From: Brevundimonas sp.
GTDB taxonomy: Bacteria; Pseudomonadota; Alphaproteobacteria; Caulobacterales; Caulobacteraceae
Length of the DNA stretch: 64,000 nucleotides
Direction: 5' to 3'
Assembly (NCBI RefSeq): GCF_044336875.1
Contig: NZ_JBIIOP010000009.1
Location: 50,325 to 114,324, forward strand
Positions within the stretch are counted from its first letter, which is position 1, and each line of letters opens with the position of its first letter. A program made the position numbers and the translations under genes. The notes below the pieces were generated by a model, which had not been told where the DNA came from, did not search any database, and saw only the letters and a list, made by a program, of their open reading frames with translations. Shown piece after piece: positions 1-9,188 of this stretch.

Positions 1-172
1 GCCAGTCGCCGGCGACGTCCTGAAGCACGCCGTGAAACTGGTCCGACGTCAGGCCGCCGGCACCGCGGGAATCCGAGCGACTGTCCAGGACGCGGCCGCC
101 GTCGGCGATCCGCATGACGCGCAGATTGCTGGTGCCCCAATCGACCCCGATAAGGCCTGCCGTTCCGGTCAC
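1..172 (-). CDS. dgoK: 2-dehydro-3-deoxygalactonokinase, 5' part (runs off the left edge)
   Basis: Not in the ORF track. Hand translation from GTG at 172, 1 nt after the symporter stop, gives MTGTAGLIGVDWGTSNLRVMRIADGGRVLDSRSDSRGAGGLTSDQFHGVLQDVAGDW. DWGTSNLR is the DgoK N-terminal signature. Confidence 0.88.
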   Translation of the reverse strand, partial: MTGTAGLIGVDWGTSNLRVMRIADGGRVLDSRSDSRGAGGLTSDQFHGVLQDVAGDW

Positions 173-173
173 G

Positions 174-1748
174 TCACCACCAGATCGAATAGACCAGGAT
201 CAGGAAGGCGACGACGCCGACGGCGGCCAGGTTGAAGCCCAGCGACGTCTTGTAGCTGATCTGGTCCAGCTTGATCTTCATCGCATCCGGCTTGGCGGGG
301 ACCAGCAGGGAGACGACCACGGCGGCGATCAGCGAGGCGATGAACACCACGCCGACCCGGTTCATGAAGGGGAAGATGAACTGGCCGCTTTCCTGCAACC
401 ACCAGAAGACGGCCGACAGCACGACCGAACCTATGGCGGCGGTCAGGGCGCCGGCTTCCGACGCCCGCTTCCAGAACAGCCCCAGCATGAAGATGACGAC
501 AATGCCGGGGGTGAAGAAGCCGGTGAATTCCTGGATGAACTGGAAGGCCTGGTCGAAGCCGCCCAGCAGGGGGCGGGCGGTCAGGATGCCGATGACCACC
601 GCAGCGACGGCGGCGATGCGGCCGACGGTGACCAGCTGGTGCTCGGGCGTGTCCTTCCGGATCTTGGCGTAGAGGTCCAGCGTGAAGATGGTCGAGATCG
701 AGTTCACCTTCGACGCCAGGGAGGCGATGATGGCGGCGATCAGGGCGGCGAAGACCAGACCCTTCAACCCGACCGGCAGCAGGTTCATCATGGTCGGATA
801 GGCCTGATCCGGCGCCGACAGGCTCGGGGCCAGGATCAGGGCGGCCATGCCCGGCAGGACCACGATGACCGGCATCAGCAGTTTCAGATAGGCGGCGAAG
901 GCGATGCCCTTCTGGGCTTCCGGCAGCGACTTGGCGGCCAGGGCGCGCTGGATGATGTACTGGTTGAAGCCCCAGTAGCTGATGTTCATGACCCACAGCC
1001 CGCCCAGCAGGACGGCGATGCCCGGCAGTTCCTGATAGTGGGGATTATCCTTCGACAGGATCATGTCGAACTTGTCGGGGAACTGGGTGATCAGGGTGTG
1101 GAAGCCGGCCGCCGCGCCGCCTGCGCCGCCGATGGTCGACAGGGCGATGAAGCCGATGATCAGGCCGCCGCAGACCAGCAGGGCCACCTGGACGATGTCG
1201 GTCAGGGCCACGGCCTTCAGGCCGCCCCACAGCTGATAGGCCAGGGCGAAGACGCCGATGGCGACGATGGCGTAGTCCTGATTGAAGCCGGTCACGGTGT
1301 GGACGGCGATGGCGCCCAGCCACAGGATCGAGGTCACGTTGACGAAGACGTAGAGCAGCAGCCAGAAGACGGCCATGACGTTGCGGATGGTCGGGCCGTA
1401 CCGCTGCTGCAGGAACTGCGGCATGGTGACGATGTCATTGCGCAGGAAGATCGGCAGGAAGAACTTGCCCACGATCAGCAGGGTCAGGGCCGCCATCCAT
1501 TCGTAGGAGGCGATGCCCAGGCCGATCACATAGCCGGATCCGCTCATGCCGATGATCTGCTCGGCCGAGATGTTGGCCGCGATCAGCGAGGCGCCGATGG
1601 CCCACCAGGGCAGGCTCTTGGACGCCATGAAATAGTCGGTGGAGGTCTTCTGCTCGCCGGCCTTGCCGCGCGACACCCACTGGGCCAGTCCGAAGATGAA
1701 GACGGCGTAGATCGCCAGAATCGCCAGATCGATGCCCGCGAGCGTCAT
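174..1748 (-). CDS. Sodium:solute symporter (SSS), SglT/vSGLT-like sugar transporter
   Basis: Multi-TM protein with SSS motifs (LPWWAIGASLIAANISAEQIIGMSGSGY, WGGLKAVALTD, NQYIIQRALAAK). Start moved to ATG 1748 (MTLAGID). Confidence 0.93.
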   Translation of the reverse strand: MTLAGIDLAILAIYAVFIFGLAQWVSRGKAGEQKTSTDYFMASKSLPWWAIGASLIAANISAEQIIGMSGSGYVIGLGIASYEWMAALTLLIVGKFFLPIFLRNDIVTMPQFLQQRYGPTIRNVMAVFWLLLYVFVNVTSILWLGAIAVHTVTGFNQDYAIVAIGVFALAYQLWGGLKAVALTDIVQVALLVCGGLIIGFIALSTIGGAGGAAAGFHTLITQFPDKFDMILSKDNPHYQELPGIAVLLGGLWVMNISYWGFNQYIIQRALAAKSLPEAQKGIAFAAYLKLLMPVIVVLPGMAALILAPSLSAPDQAYPTMMNLLPVGLKGLVFAALIAAIIASLASKVNSISTIFTLDLYAKIRKDTPEHQLVTVGRIAAVAAVVIGILTARPLLGGFDQAFQFIQEFTGFFTPGIVVIFMLGLFWKRASEAGALTAAIGSVVLSAVFWWLQESGQFIFPFMNRVGVVFIASLIAAVVVSLLVPAKPDAMKIKLDQISYKTSLGFNLAAVGVVAFLILVYSIWW

Positions 1749-1803
1749 GGTGCAGTTCCCCCAGTCGGCCCTTGGTCGGGCTCCTGCCGAAAGCCTAGGG
1801 GAG

Positions 1804-1818
1804 GCGACGCTCTGTCGC
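1804..1818. promoter_or_regulatory. GCGAC-N5-GTCGC palindrome, RegA/RegR-type box candidate
   Basis: GCGACGCTCTGTCGC in the divergent symporter/IclR intergenic region. GC-rich palindromes can arise by chance. Confidence 0.3.
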
Positions 1819-1939
1819 AATGAGGATTTTATATATGCTTGGAGATTTCACCCGCGATAATGTTATGGGTCGCATTCTTCGGTGGTCTTCACCGGACCGG
1901 GCGCGCCCGGTAGCGTAAGGAGCTCGCGACAGGATTCCC

Positions 1940-2713
1940 ATGACCGACCAAGACCAGACCGACGACCGCAAATACCGCGCCCCCGCGCTCGAGAAGGGGC
2001 TGGACGTCCTTGAGCTTTTGTCGGCCCAGGGCGAGGCGATGACGCCGTCGCAGATGTCGGTGACATTGGGGCGATCGGTCAGCGAACTGTTCCGCATGAT
2101 CCAGGTGCTGGAGTTCCGCGGCTATATCGAACAGTCCTCGGACGGCTATCGCCTGACCAACCGCCTGTTCACCCTCGGCATGACCCAGGCGCCGATCAAG
2201 TCGCTGGTCGACGTCGCCATGCCGGCGATGCGTGATCTGGCCTCGGGCACGATGCAGTCCTGCCACCTCGTGGTGCCGTCCGGAGACCAGATCGTGGTCA
2301 TCGCCCGGATCGAGAGCCCCGGCGACCTCGGCTATTCGGTCCGCATCGGCTATCGCCGCAGCATCCTGCACGCCACCTCGGGCCTGATGTTCTATTCTCG
2401 CGCCAACGAACGGGCGCAGAAATATCTTCGCGACAATCTGGTCTCCCTGTTCGGGGAGGCGACCGTTGCGGAGTTTGCGGAACGCGCGTCGGCCATGACC
2501 CAGGGCGCCCACGTCGAAAGAGCCAGCGACTTCGTCAAGGGCGTCACCGATCTGGTCGCCCCGATCATGGGCTCCGACGGCGTCATCGCCACCCTGATCA
2601 CCCCCTTCATCGAACAGGCCCCGATGGTCTGCACACGGGAAGAGGCGGCGGCGATGCTGGTGCGCACCACGACCATCATTTCCGAACAGATGGGCGCGGT
2701 CTCCCAAGCCTGA
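1940..2713 (+). CDS. IclR-family transcriptional regulator
   Basis: N-terminal wHTH (YRAPALEKGLDVLELL...LGRSVSELFRMIQVL), followed by an IclR effector-domain pattern (SCHLVV...VVIARIES...GYRRSILHATSG). Confidence 0.92.
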   Translation: MTDQDQTDDRKYRAPALEKGLDVLELLSAQGEAMTPSQMSVTLGRSVSELFRMIQVLEFRGYIEQSSDGYRLTNRLFTLGMTQAPIKSLVDVAMPAMRDLASGTMQSCHLVVPSGDQIVVIARIESPGDLGYSVRIGYRRSILHATSGLMFYSRANERAQKYLRDNLVSLFGEATVAEFAERASAMTQGAHVERASDFVKGVTDLVAPIMGSDGVIATLITPFIEQAPMVCTREEAAAMLVRTTTIISEQMGAVSQA

Positions 2714-2791
2714 TCCTGGCCCTGAGCGGATGCGACGCGGTCCACCGTTGACAGGACCAATGGCTGCCGTCATTTTCGTGGACGGTAACGA

Positions 2792-2807
2792 CTTTCATTT
2801 GTGAAAG
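2792..2807. promoter_or_regulatory. Palindromic operator CTTTCA-TTTG-TGAAAG (candidate IclR site)
   Basis: Perfect 6-4-6 AT-rich inverted repeat between a TTGACA (2748-2753) and the SDR start. Confidence 0.55.
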
Positions 2808-2857
2808 ATCGCAAACCGCCGATCAACGGCGGGGCGTCGGGGAGGCGCGCTGAGATC

Positions 2858-3607
2858 ATGGCCGCCATCTATTCCGATCTGAAGAACAGGACCGTCATCG
2901 TCACCGGCGGCGCCGGCGGCATTGGCGAGAGTATTGTTCGCGCCTTCCACGCCCAGGGCGCCCGGGTCGGCTTCCTCGACATCGATACGGTGCGCGGACC
3001 GAAACTGGCGGACGAACTGGGGCAGGGGGCGTTGTTCGTCGCCTGCGACCTGACCGACATTCCGGCGTTGAAGGCGGCCGTCGCCACGGTGCGCGACGCC
3101 TTCTGTCCGATCGACATCCTGGTCAACAACGCCGCCCACGACGAGCGCCACGCCACGCTCGAGGTGACGGAGGACTATTGGGACGGTCGCATGGCCGTGA
3201 ACCTGAAACACCAGTTCTTCGCCGCCCAGGCGGTGCTTCCGGACATGCAGGCGGCGGGCAAGGGCGCCATCGTCAATCTGGGGTCGACGTCCTGGATCAT
3301 CGGTCAGGGCGGCATGCCGGCCTATACGGCCTCCAAGTCGGCGGTGATCGGCCTGACCCGGTCGCTGGCCCGCGATTTCGGTCCCTTCGGCGTGCGCGTG
3401 AACGCGGTGGCCCCGGGCTGGATCATGACCGAGCGGCAATTGGAGCTCTGGGTCACTCCGGAGACCGAAAAAGACATCTACGCCAACCAGTGCCTCAAGC
3501 GCCGGCTCGTGCCCGACGACATCGCCAAGGTCGTCGTCTTCATGTGCTCGGATGAGGCCGGGGCGATCACCAACCAACACTATGTCGTCGACGGCGGCTG
3601 GACCTGA
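2858..3607 (+). CDS. SDR aldose 1-dehydrogenase (XylB-like; context favours D-galactose)
   Basis: [12 protein letters not shown] and YTASK motifs. [18 protein letters not shown] resembles Caulobacter XylB. Start taken at ATG 2858. Confidence 0.85.
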   Translation: MAAIYSDLKNRTVIVTGGAGGIGESIVRAFHAQGARVGFLDIDTVRGPKLADELGQGALFVACDLTDIPALKAAVATVRDAFCPIDILVNNAAHDERHATLEVTEDYWDGRMAVNLKHQFFAAQAVLPDMQAAGKGAIVNLGSTSWIIGQGGMPAYTASKSAVIGLTRSLARDFGPFGVRVNAVAPGWIMTERQLELWVTPETEKDIYANQCLKRRLVPDDIAKVVVFMCSDEAGAITNQHYVVDGGWT

Positions 3608-3608
3608 A

Positions 3609-5411
3609 ATGACCGATACCCCCAAGACTCCCAAGACGCTGCGCAGCCGCGCCTGGTTCGACAATCCGGAAAACCCGGACATGACGGCCCTCTATCTGGA
3701 GCGCTATCTGAACTATGGCCTGACGCGCAAAGAGCTTCAGTCGAACAAGCCGATCATCGGCATCGCCCAGACGGGTTCGGACCTGAGCCCCTGCAACCGC
3801 CACCACCTGATCCTGGCCGAACGGGTCCGCGAAGGCATTCGGGAAGCCGGCGGCATCGCCATGGAATTTCCGGTCCATCCCATCCAGGAGACCGGCAAGC
3901 GGCCGACGGCGGGCCTGGACCGGAACCTGGCCTATCTGGGTCTGGTCGAGAGCCTGTACGGCTATCCGCTGGACGGAGTCGTGCTGACCGTCGGCTGCGA
4001 CAAGACCACGCCCGCCTGTCTGATGGCGGCCGCCACCGTGGACATCCCCGCCATCGCCCTTTCGGTCGGTCCGATGCTGAACGGCTGGCACAGGGGCGAG
4101 CGCACCGGGTCGGGCACGATCATCTGGAAGGCGCGCCAGATGATGGCGGCCGGAGAGATCGACTATGACGGATTCATCGAACTGGTGGCGTCCTCGGCGC
4201 CGTCGGTCGGCTATTGCAACACCATGGGCACGGCGACGACAATGAACTCGCTGGCCGAGGCCCTGGGCATGTCCCTGCCGGGATCGGCCGCCATTCCCGC
4301 CCCCTACCGCGAACGCGCCCAGGTGGCCTACGAAACCGGGCTGCGGATCGTCGAGATGGTGCGTGAAGACCTGAAGCCGTCGGACATCCTGACGAAGGAA
4401 GCCTTCCACAACGCCATCGTCGTCAACTCGGCCATCGGCGGTTCGACCAATGCGCCGATCCACCTGACCGCCCTGGCCCGGCACGCCCATGTCGACGTGC
4501 CGCTGCAGGATTGGCAGACCGAGGGGCTGCATGTGCCGCTGCTGGTCAATCTGCAGCCCGCCGGCGAGTATCTGGGCGAGGACTATTTCCATGCCGGCGG
4601 CGTGCCCGCCGTCGTGTCGGAACTGATGAAGCAGGGGCTGATCCGCGAGGGCGCCCTGACCGTCACCGGCAAGTCGATCGGCGATAACTGTCGCGACGCC
4701 GAGATCGTCCTTCCCGACGTCATCAAGACCTTCGACGCCCCGATGAAGACCGACGCCGGCTTCGTGGTCTTCACCGGCAATCTGTTCAACTCGGCCATCA
4801 TGAAGCTGAGCGTGATCAGCCCGGAGTTCCGCGAACGCTATCTGTCCAACCCCGACGACCTGAACGCCTTCGAGGGGCCGGCGGTCGTGTTCGACGGACC
4901 CGAGGACTATCATCACCGTATCGACGACGAGAGCCTGGGCATTACCGAACAGACCCTTCTGTTCATGCGCGGCGCCGGCCCGATCGGCTTCCCGGGCGCC
5001 GCCGAGGTCGTGAACATGCGACCGCCCTCCTATCTGATCCGGAAGGGGGTCAGCGCCCTGGCCTGTATCGGCGACGGCCGTCAGTCGGGCACCTCGGGCT
5101 CGCCCTCGATCCTGAACGCCTCGCCCGAGGCGGCGGCGGGCGGCAATATCGCCCTGCTGAAGACCGGCGACCGGGTGCGGATCGACCTGAACACCGGCCG
5201 GGCCGACATTCTGATTTCGGACGAGGAACTGGCTGCGCGCCGCCAGGCCTTCGAGGCGGCGGGCGGGTACAAATATCCGGCGTCCCAGACCCCGTGGCAG
5301 GAGATGCAGCGCGCCGTGGTCGGCCAGCTGGAGACGGGCGCCGTGCTGGAACCGGCGATCAAATATCATCGCATCGTCGACCGGTTCGGCCTTCCGCGCG
5401 ACAACCACTAG
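3609..5411 (+). CDS. IlvD/Edd-family sugar-acid dehydratase (XylD/AraC-like; context favours D-galactonate)
   Basis: [24 protein letters not shown] and DGRQSGTS motifs. ATG 3609 is 1 nt after the SDR stop. Confidence 0.9.
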   Translation: MTDTPKTPKTLRSRAWFDNPENPDMTALYLERYLNYGLTRKELQSNKPIIGIAQTGSDLSPCNRHHLILAERVREGIREAGGIAMEFPVHPIQETGKRPTAGLDRNLAYLGLVESLYGYPLDGVVLTVGCDKTTPACLMAAATVDIPAIALSVGPMLNGWHRGERTGSGTIIWKARQMMAAGEIDYDGFIELVASSAPSVGYCNTMGTATTMNSLAEALGMSLPGSAAIPAPYRERAQVAYETGLRIVEMVREDLKPSDILTKEAFHNAIVVNSAIGGSTNAPIHLTALARHAHVDVPLQDWQTEGLHVPLLVNLQPAGEYLGEDYFHAGGVPAVVSELMKQGLIREGALTVTGKSIGDNCRDAEIVLPDVIKTFDAPMKTDAGFVVFTGNLFNSAIMKLSVISPEFRERYLSNPDDLNAFEGPAVVFDGPEDYHHRIDDESLGITEQTLLFMRGAGPIGFPGAAEVVNMRPPSYLIRKGVSALACIGDGRQSGTSGSPSILNASPEAAAGGNIALLKTGDRVRIDLNTGRADILISDEELAARRQAFEAAGGYKYPASQTPWQEMQRAVVGQLETGAVLEPAIKYHRIVDRFGLPRDNH

Positions 5412-5428
5412 GTCCGACGGACGACAGG

Positions 5429-5454
5429 AAGGGGCGGCGCGGGCCGCCCCTTTT
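5429..5454. terminator. Intrinsic terminator between convergent genes
   Basis: AAGGGGCGGC-GCGG-GCCGCCCCTT followed by TT. Confidence 0.8.
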
Positions 5455-5458
5455 CACG

Positions 5459-7441
5459 TCAGCGCGGCGTGATGCGGATCGCCGCTCCGCCGCTGGGCTT
5501 CAGCCTCAGGGTCAGGGTCGTCCCCGACTCGACCGTCTGGGTGGAAATCGCCGTCCGCTGCGGCGCCTCAGTGTCGGCGTAGACAGTCGCCTCGAACCGG
5601 CCGCGGCCCAGGAAATCCAGCGGCAGGCTCACGGTGCGGCCGTCCTCATCGGTCATGGCGCCGACATACCAGTCGCGCCCCTTGCGACGGGCGAGAACGA
5701 TCGACTGGCCGATCTCGCCCGAGATGAACCGGGTTTCGTCCCAGGTCGTCGGAACCTGGCCGATGAAGGCGGTCTCGGGCTGGCCGGCATAGGCGTCCGG
5801 CGTATCGGCGACCGTCTGCAGCGGGCTTTCATAGACGACGAACATCGCCAGGCCGTGCGCCCGGGTGGTCATCACGGTCGGCAGCAGGAACCGCCACTGG
5901 AAGGTCTCGGGCGTCTGGTTGCCGAAACCGCCGGGCGTATAGTCCATCGGCCCCAGCAGCATGCGCGTATAGGCCAGGGTCACGTTGTGCCGGGCTGTGA
6001 TCCGGCTGGACCATTTGTTGTTTTCCGCCCCCAGCACGCCTTCCTGGGTGATGAAGTTGGGATAGGTGCGCGTCAGGCCGGTCGGATGGAAGGCGCCGTG
6101 CAGATTGACCATGAGATGTCGCTGCGCCGCCTGGGCCAGCAGCCGGTGGTACCAGTCGACGATCATCTGATCGTCGCGATCCATGAAGTCCACCTTGATC
6201 CCGGCTATGCCCCAGGCCTGGTACTGGTCCAGGGCGGCGTCGAACTGGGCGTCCAGCGCCTTCCAGTTCAGCCACAGGAACAGGCCGACGCCCCTGGACC
6301 GGCCGTAGGCGACCAGGCCGGGAATGTCGATGTCGGGCGCGGTCTGGGTCACATCCACGCCGGGCCGCACCACGCCGCCGCCGCCGGCGCCGCGATACCA
6401 CCCCTCGTCGATGGTGACATACTGCAGGCCGTTGGCGGCCGCGAAGTCGATGAAGGCCCTGAAGGTGGCGGTGTTCATGCCGCTGTCCGGCACGGCCGTA
6501 ATCTGGCCGCCGTTCCACCAGTCCCAGGCCGACTTGCCGGGCCTCACCCAGGCGGAGTCGAAGGCCGCCGGTGCGCTGAGGTCGGTGATCAGGGTGGATT
6601 CGATCAGGTCGCCCGCGTGGTCGCCCACCATGACCACCCGCCACGGCGTCTCCAGATCCTGTCCGACCCGCGCCGTCGCCACCACGGCCGGAACCCCGCC
6701 GGGCGAATCCGGTCTCGGGGCCAGTTTGGCCTGCACCCCCAGGCCGCCGTCACCGCGTCCCGACAGGTAAAGGCCCGGATAATTCTTCAGGTCGGCTTCG
6801 GCGATGGCGAAGGCGGGGCCTCCCGCCGTGGTCTCGCACACCAGCGGGGCGTCATAGGCGTTGTATTCGCGAATGCGCGAGGCGGGGACAGGATCGAATT
6901 CGCCCTCGTGGCTGGAGTTGAACCGGCCCAGGTTCAGGCCCCAGCAGCCGTAGTCGGACGGGAAGGCGAACTGGGTGTTCTCCGCCACCACCCCCAGGGG
7001 CGCGTCTGGCCGGGCCGGCACGCGATAGCGGAAGGCGACCCCGTCGTCATAGGCGCGCATCACCAGGACCATGTCGGGCCCGTCGCGGCCCGAAGCCGGC
7101 GTCAGCATGGTCTCGCGCCAGGCCGAGCGCACATGGGACCTCCGTCCCAACAGGGGGTAGTCGTCCAGACCCTCGCGCACAGGCCCGGCGACGAAGATCT
7201 CGTCACCGCCGACCGTGACCCGGTTCTCCAGGGTCAGGCCGATGTCCGACGGCGCGATCACCGTGCGGCCGTCGCGTGCGACGGACAGGGCCGGCTTGCC
7301 GTCGACGGTCTCCACCCGGATGGTCAGCCGGCCGTCGGGCGAGGTCAGTTCGACAGGGTCGGCCAGGGCGACCGACGATAGGCCCGTCGCCAGGCAGGTC
7401 AGGGCTGCGCCGCACAGCAGCCGGGCGAGGGAAGGGGTCAT
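5459..7441 (-). CDS. Glycoside hydrolase family 97, retaining-type (alpha-galactosidase-like)
   Basis: Sec signal; GKSAWDWW, IDEGWY, GIKVDFMDRDDQ (Asp nucleophile of retaining GH97), NLHG..PTG..RTYPN and GPMDYTPG. Confidence 0.92.
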   Translation of the reverse strand: MTPSLARLLCGAALTCLATGLSSVALADPVELTSPDGRLTIRVETVDGKPALSVARDGRTVIAPSDIGLTLENRVTVGGDEIFVAGPVREGLDDYPLLGRRSHVRSAWRETMLTPASGRDGPDMVLVMRAYDDGVAFRYRVPARPDAPLGVVAENTQFAFPSDYGCWGLNLGRFNSSHEGEFDPVPASRIREYNAYDAPLVCETTAGGPAFAIAEADLKNYPGLYLSGRGDGGLGVQAKLAPRPDSPGGVPAVVATARVGQDLETPWRVVMVGDHAGDLIESTLITDLSAPAAFDSAWVRPGKSAWDWWNGGQITAVPDSGMNTATFRAFIDFAAANGLQYVTIDEGWYRGAGGGGVVRPGVDVTQTAPDIDIPGLVAYGRSRGVGLFLWLNWKALDAQFDAALDQYQAWGIAGIKVDFMDRDDQMIVDWYHRLLAQAAQRHLMVNLHGAFHPTGLTRTYPNFITQEGVLGAENNKWSSRITARHNVTLAYTRMLLGPMDYTPGGFGNQTPETFQWRFLLPTVMTTRAHGLAMFVVYESPLQTVADTPDAYAGQPETAFIGQVPTTWDETRFISGEIGQSIVLARRKGRDWYVGAMTDEDGRTVSLPLDFLGRGRFEATVYADTEAPQRTAISTQTVESGTTLTLRLKPSGGAAIRITPR

Positions 7442-8970
7442 GCGTGTTCCTTCGCCACGGGAAGGTCCGCGCGGCAGTTCCTGTCGATGAATTGCTGGTG
7501 CGTCGGCATGGCCGCGACACCGCTCTGGATGACGGTTCGGATCTGGGCCAGTCGGGCGGCCATCTGAGAGGCGGGAATCTGGTCGGCCATGGGGTCGTGG
7601 CCCTGCGGCGTGATCCCCTGGCCCAGCATGACCGCAACCCAGCTGGTGTGGGCGAACAGGTCCTCATGACGGCCCATCACGCGTCCGCGCGATCGGAACA
7701 GGTCGATCCGTGCCTTCAGGCTGTCGGGGATGTCTGTCGCGCGCACATGCCGCCAGAACTCGGAATCGTCCCGCTCTCCGGCGTGGTAGTGCAGAATGAT
7801 GAAGTCGCGGGCGTGCTCGTACTCCTCGCGCATCAGGGCGTTGTACTTGTCGATGTCGGCCTGATCGAAACGGCGGTCCGGGAACAGGGACATCAGGGTG
7901 GTCACCCCGCTCTGGATCAGGTGGATGCTGGTCGATTCCAGCGGTTCCAGGAAGCCGGAGGCCAGGCCGAGGGACACGACATTCTTGTTCCAGGCCTTCC
8001 TGCGCCGCCCCGTCACGAAGCGCAGCGGTCGAGGATCGGCCAAGGGCTTTCCGTCCAGATTGGCCAGCAGGGTGTCGCGCGCCGCTTCGTCGCTGGTGAA
8101 GGCGCTGGCGTAGACATGGCCGTTGCCGGTGCGATGCTGCAGCTGGATCCGCCATTGCCAGCCGGCGTCATGCGCCGTCGAGCGGGTGTAGAGCGTGGGC
8201 GCCCCCACCGCTTCGCAGGGTACGGCCAACGCCCGATCCATCGGCAGCCAGTGGGACCAGTCCTCGTATCCCGTCTGCAGCGCCTGTTCGATCAGCAGGC
8301 CGCGGAATCCGGAGCAGTCGATGAACAGGTCGCCCTCGATCCGCCGTCCGTCGTCCAGGACCACGGCCTCGACGAAGCCGGTCTCGGCGTTCAGGGCCAC
8401 GTCGACGATCTTGGCCTCGATCCGGTTCACGCCGCGCGCCATGGCCAGTTCGCGCATGAACCCGCCGTAAAGGCCGGCGTCGAAATGATAGGCGTAGGCC
8501 ATGCGTGAATGGACATGGCGCGGGTCCTCGGCCGTGCGGGTGAACCGCCCCGCCTTCATCGCCATGATCGGCAGGGAATAGGCGTCGATCTCGCCGACGC
8601 CCGGCTGGTCGCGCAGCCTCAGCCAGTGCTGATGGAATTGAACACCCTCCAGGTCGGCGCCATAGGTTCCGAACGGGTGTATGTACTCGTGGCCCAGCCG
8701 GCCCCAGTTCCGGAACTGTATGCCCAGCTTGTAGGTGGCCTGGGTGCGGCGGACGAATTCGTTCTCGTCCATCCCCAGAAGCCGGTTCAGCGTCAGGATC
8801 GGCGGGATGGTCGCCTCTCCGACCCCGACCGTGCCGATCTCGGGCGATTCGATCAGATCGATTGCGGCATAGCCGTGCGCCAGGTTCTTCGAGATGACGG
8901 CGGCCGCCATCCAGCCGGCGGTGCCGCCGCCGACGATGACGATCCGTCTGATCCTCTGGTCTTCCGACAT
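7438..8970 (-). CDS. Tryptophan halogenase-family flavin-dependent halogenase
   Basis: GGGTAG FAD motif, GVGEAT, TQATYKLGI (catalytic Lys), WQWRIQ (variant of WxWxIP), GFLEPLESTSI. No signal peptide. Confidence 0.93.
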   Translation of the reverse strand: MSEDQRIRRIVIVGGGTAGWMAAAVISKNLAHGYAAIDLIESPEIGTVGVGEATIPPILTLNRLLGMDENEFVRRTQATYKLGIQFRNWGRLGHEYIHPFGTYGADLEGVQFHQHWLRLRDQPGVGEIDAYSLPIMAMKAGRFTRTAEDPRHVHSRMAYAYHFDAGLYGGFMRELAMARGVNRIEAKIVDVALNAETGFVEAVVLDDGRRIEGDLFIDCSGFRGLLIEQALQTGYEDWSHWLPMDRALAVPCEAVGAPTLYTRSTAHDAGWQWRIQLQHRTGNGHVYASAFTSDEAARDTLLANLDGKPLADPRPLRFVTGRRRKAWNKNVVSLGLASGFLEPLESTSIHLIQSGVTTLMSLFPDRRFDQADIDKYNALMREEYEHARDFIILHYHAGERDDSEFWRHVRATDIPDSLKARIDLFRSRGRVMGRHEDLFAHTSWVAVMLGQGITPQGHDPMADQIPASQMAARLAQIRTVIQSGVAAMPTHQQFIDRNCRADLPVAKEHA

Positions 8971-9035
8971 TGTGGTCCTCCCCGACCGCGAACGTCTGGC
9001 GCGATACGTCGCCGCGCCATTGTCGTCCTAAAAAA

Positions 9036-9049
9036 TGGTACCGCTACCG
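9036..9049. promoter_or_regulatory. LacI/XylR-like operator TGGTACCGCTACCG
   Basis: 12/14 to the symmetric TGGTAGCGCTACCA, in the divergent halogenase/TBDR region. An adjacent GAAAAC-A-GTTTTC palindrome lies at 9049-9061. Confidence 0.55.
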
Positions 9050-9188
9050 AAAACAGTTTTCTTTCTATGAAACTTGTTGCATCCTTGAAATCGGGTCAAG
9101 CGGAACGCAGGCCCGATTGTCTTGGGAGAGATGTCGTCCAGCGCGCCTAGAGAGCGCGCGAGGCATCAGAGGGGAAGGGAAGAGACTC

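Noticed and set aside
1840-1862. Degenerate IclR site TTTCACCCGCGATA in the symporter/IclR intergenic region
   Set aside because: The right half-site matches only 3/5, too weak to call without an alignment.
2858-5411. Naming these genes xylB and xylD (Weimberg pathway)
   Set aside because: Similarity is real, but xylX, xylA and xylC are absent from the window and dgoK is adjacent, so symbols were withheld.
7438-8970. Secondary-metabolite biosynthetic gene cluster around the halogenase
   Set aside because: No NRPS, PKS, prn/reb-type genes or tailoring enzymes in the window; all neighbours are carbohydrate genes.
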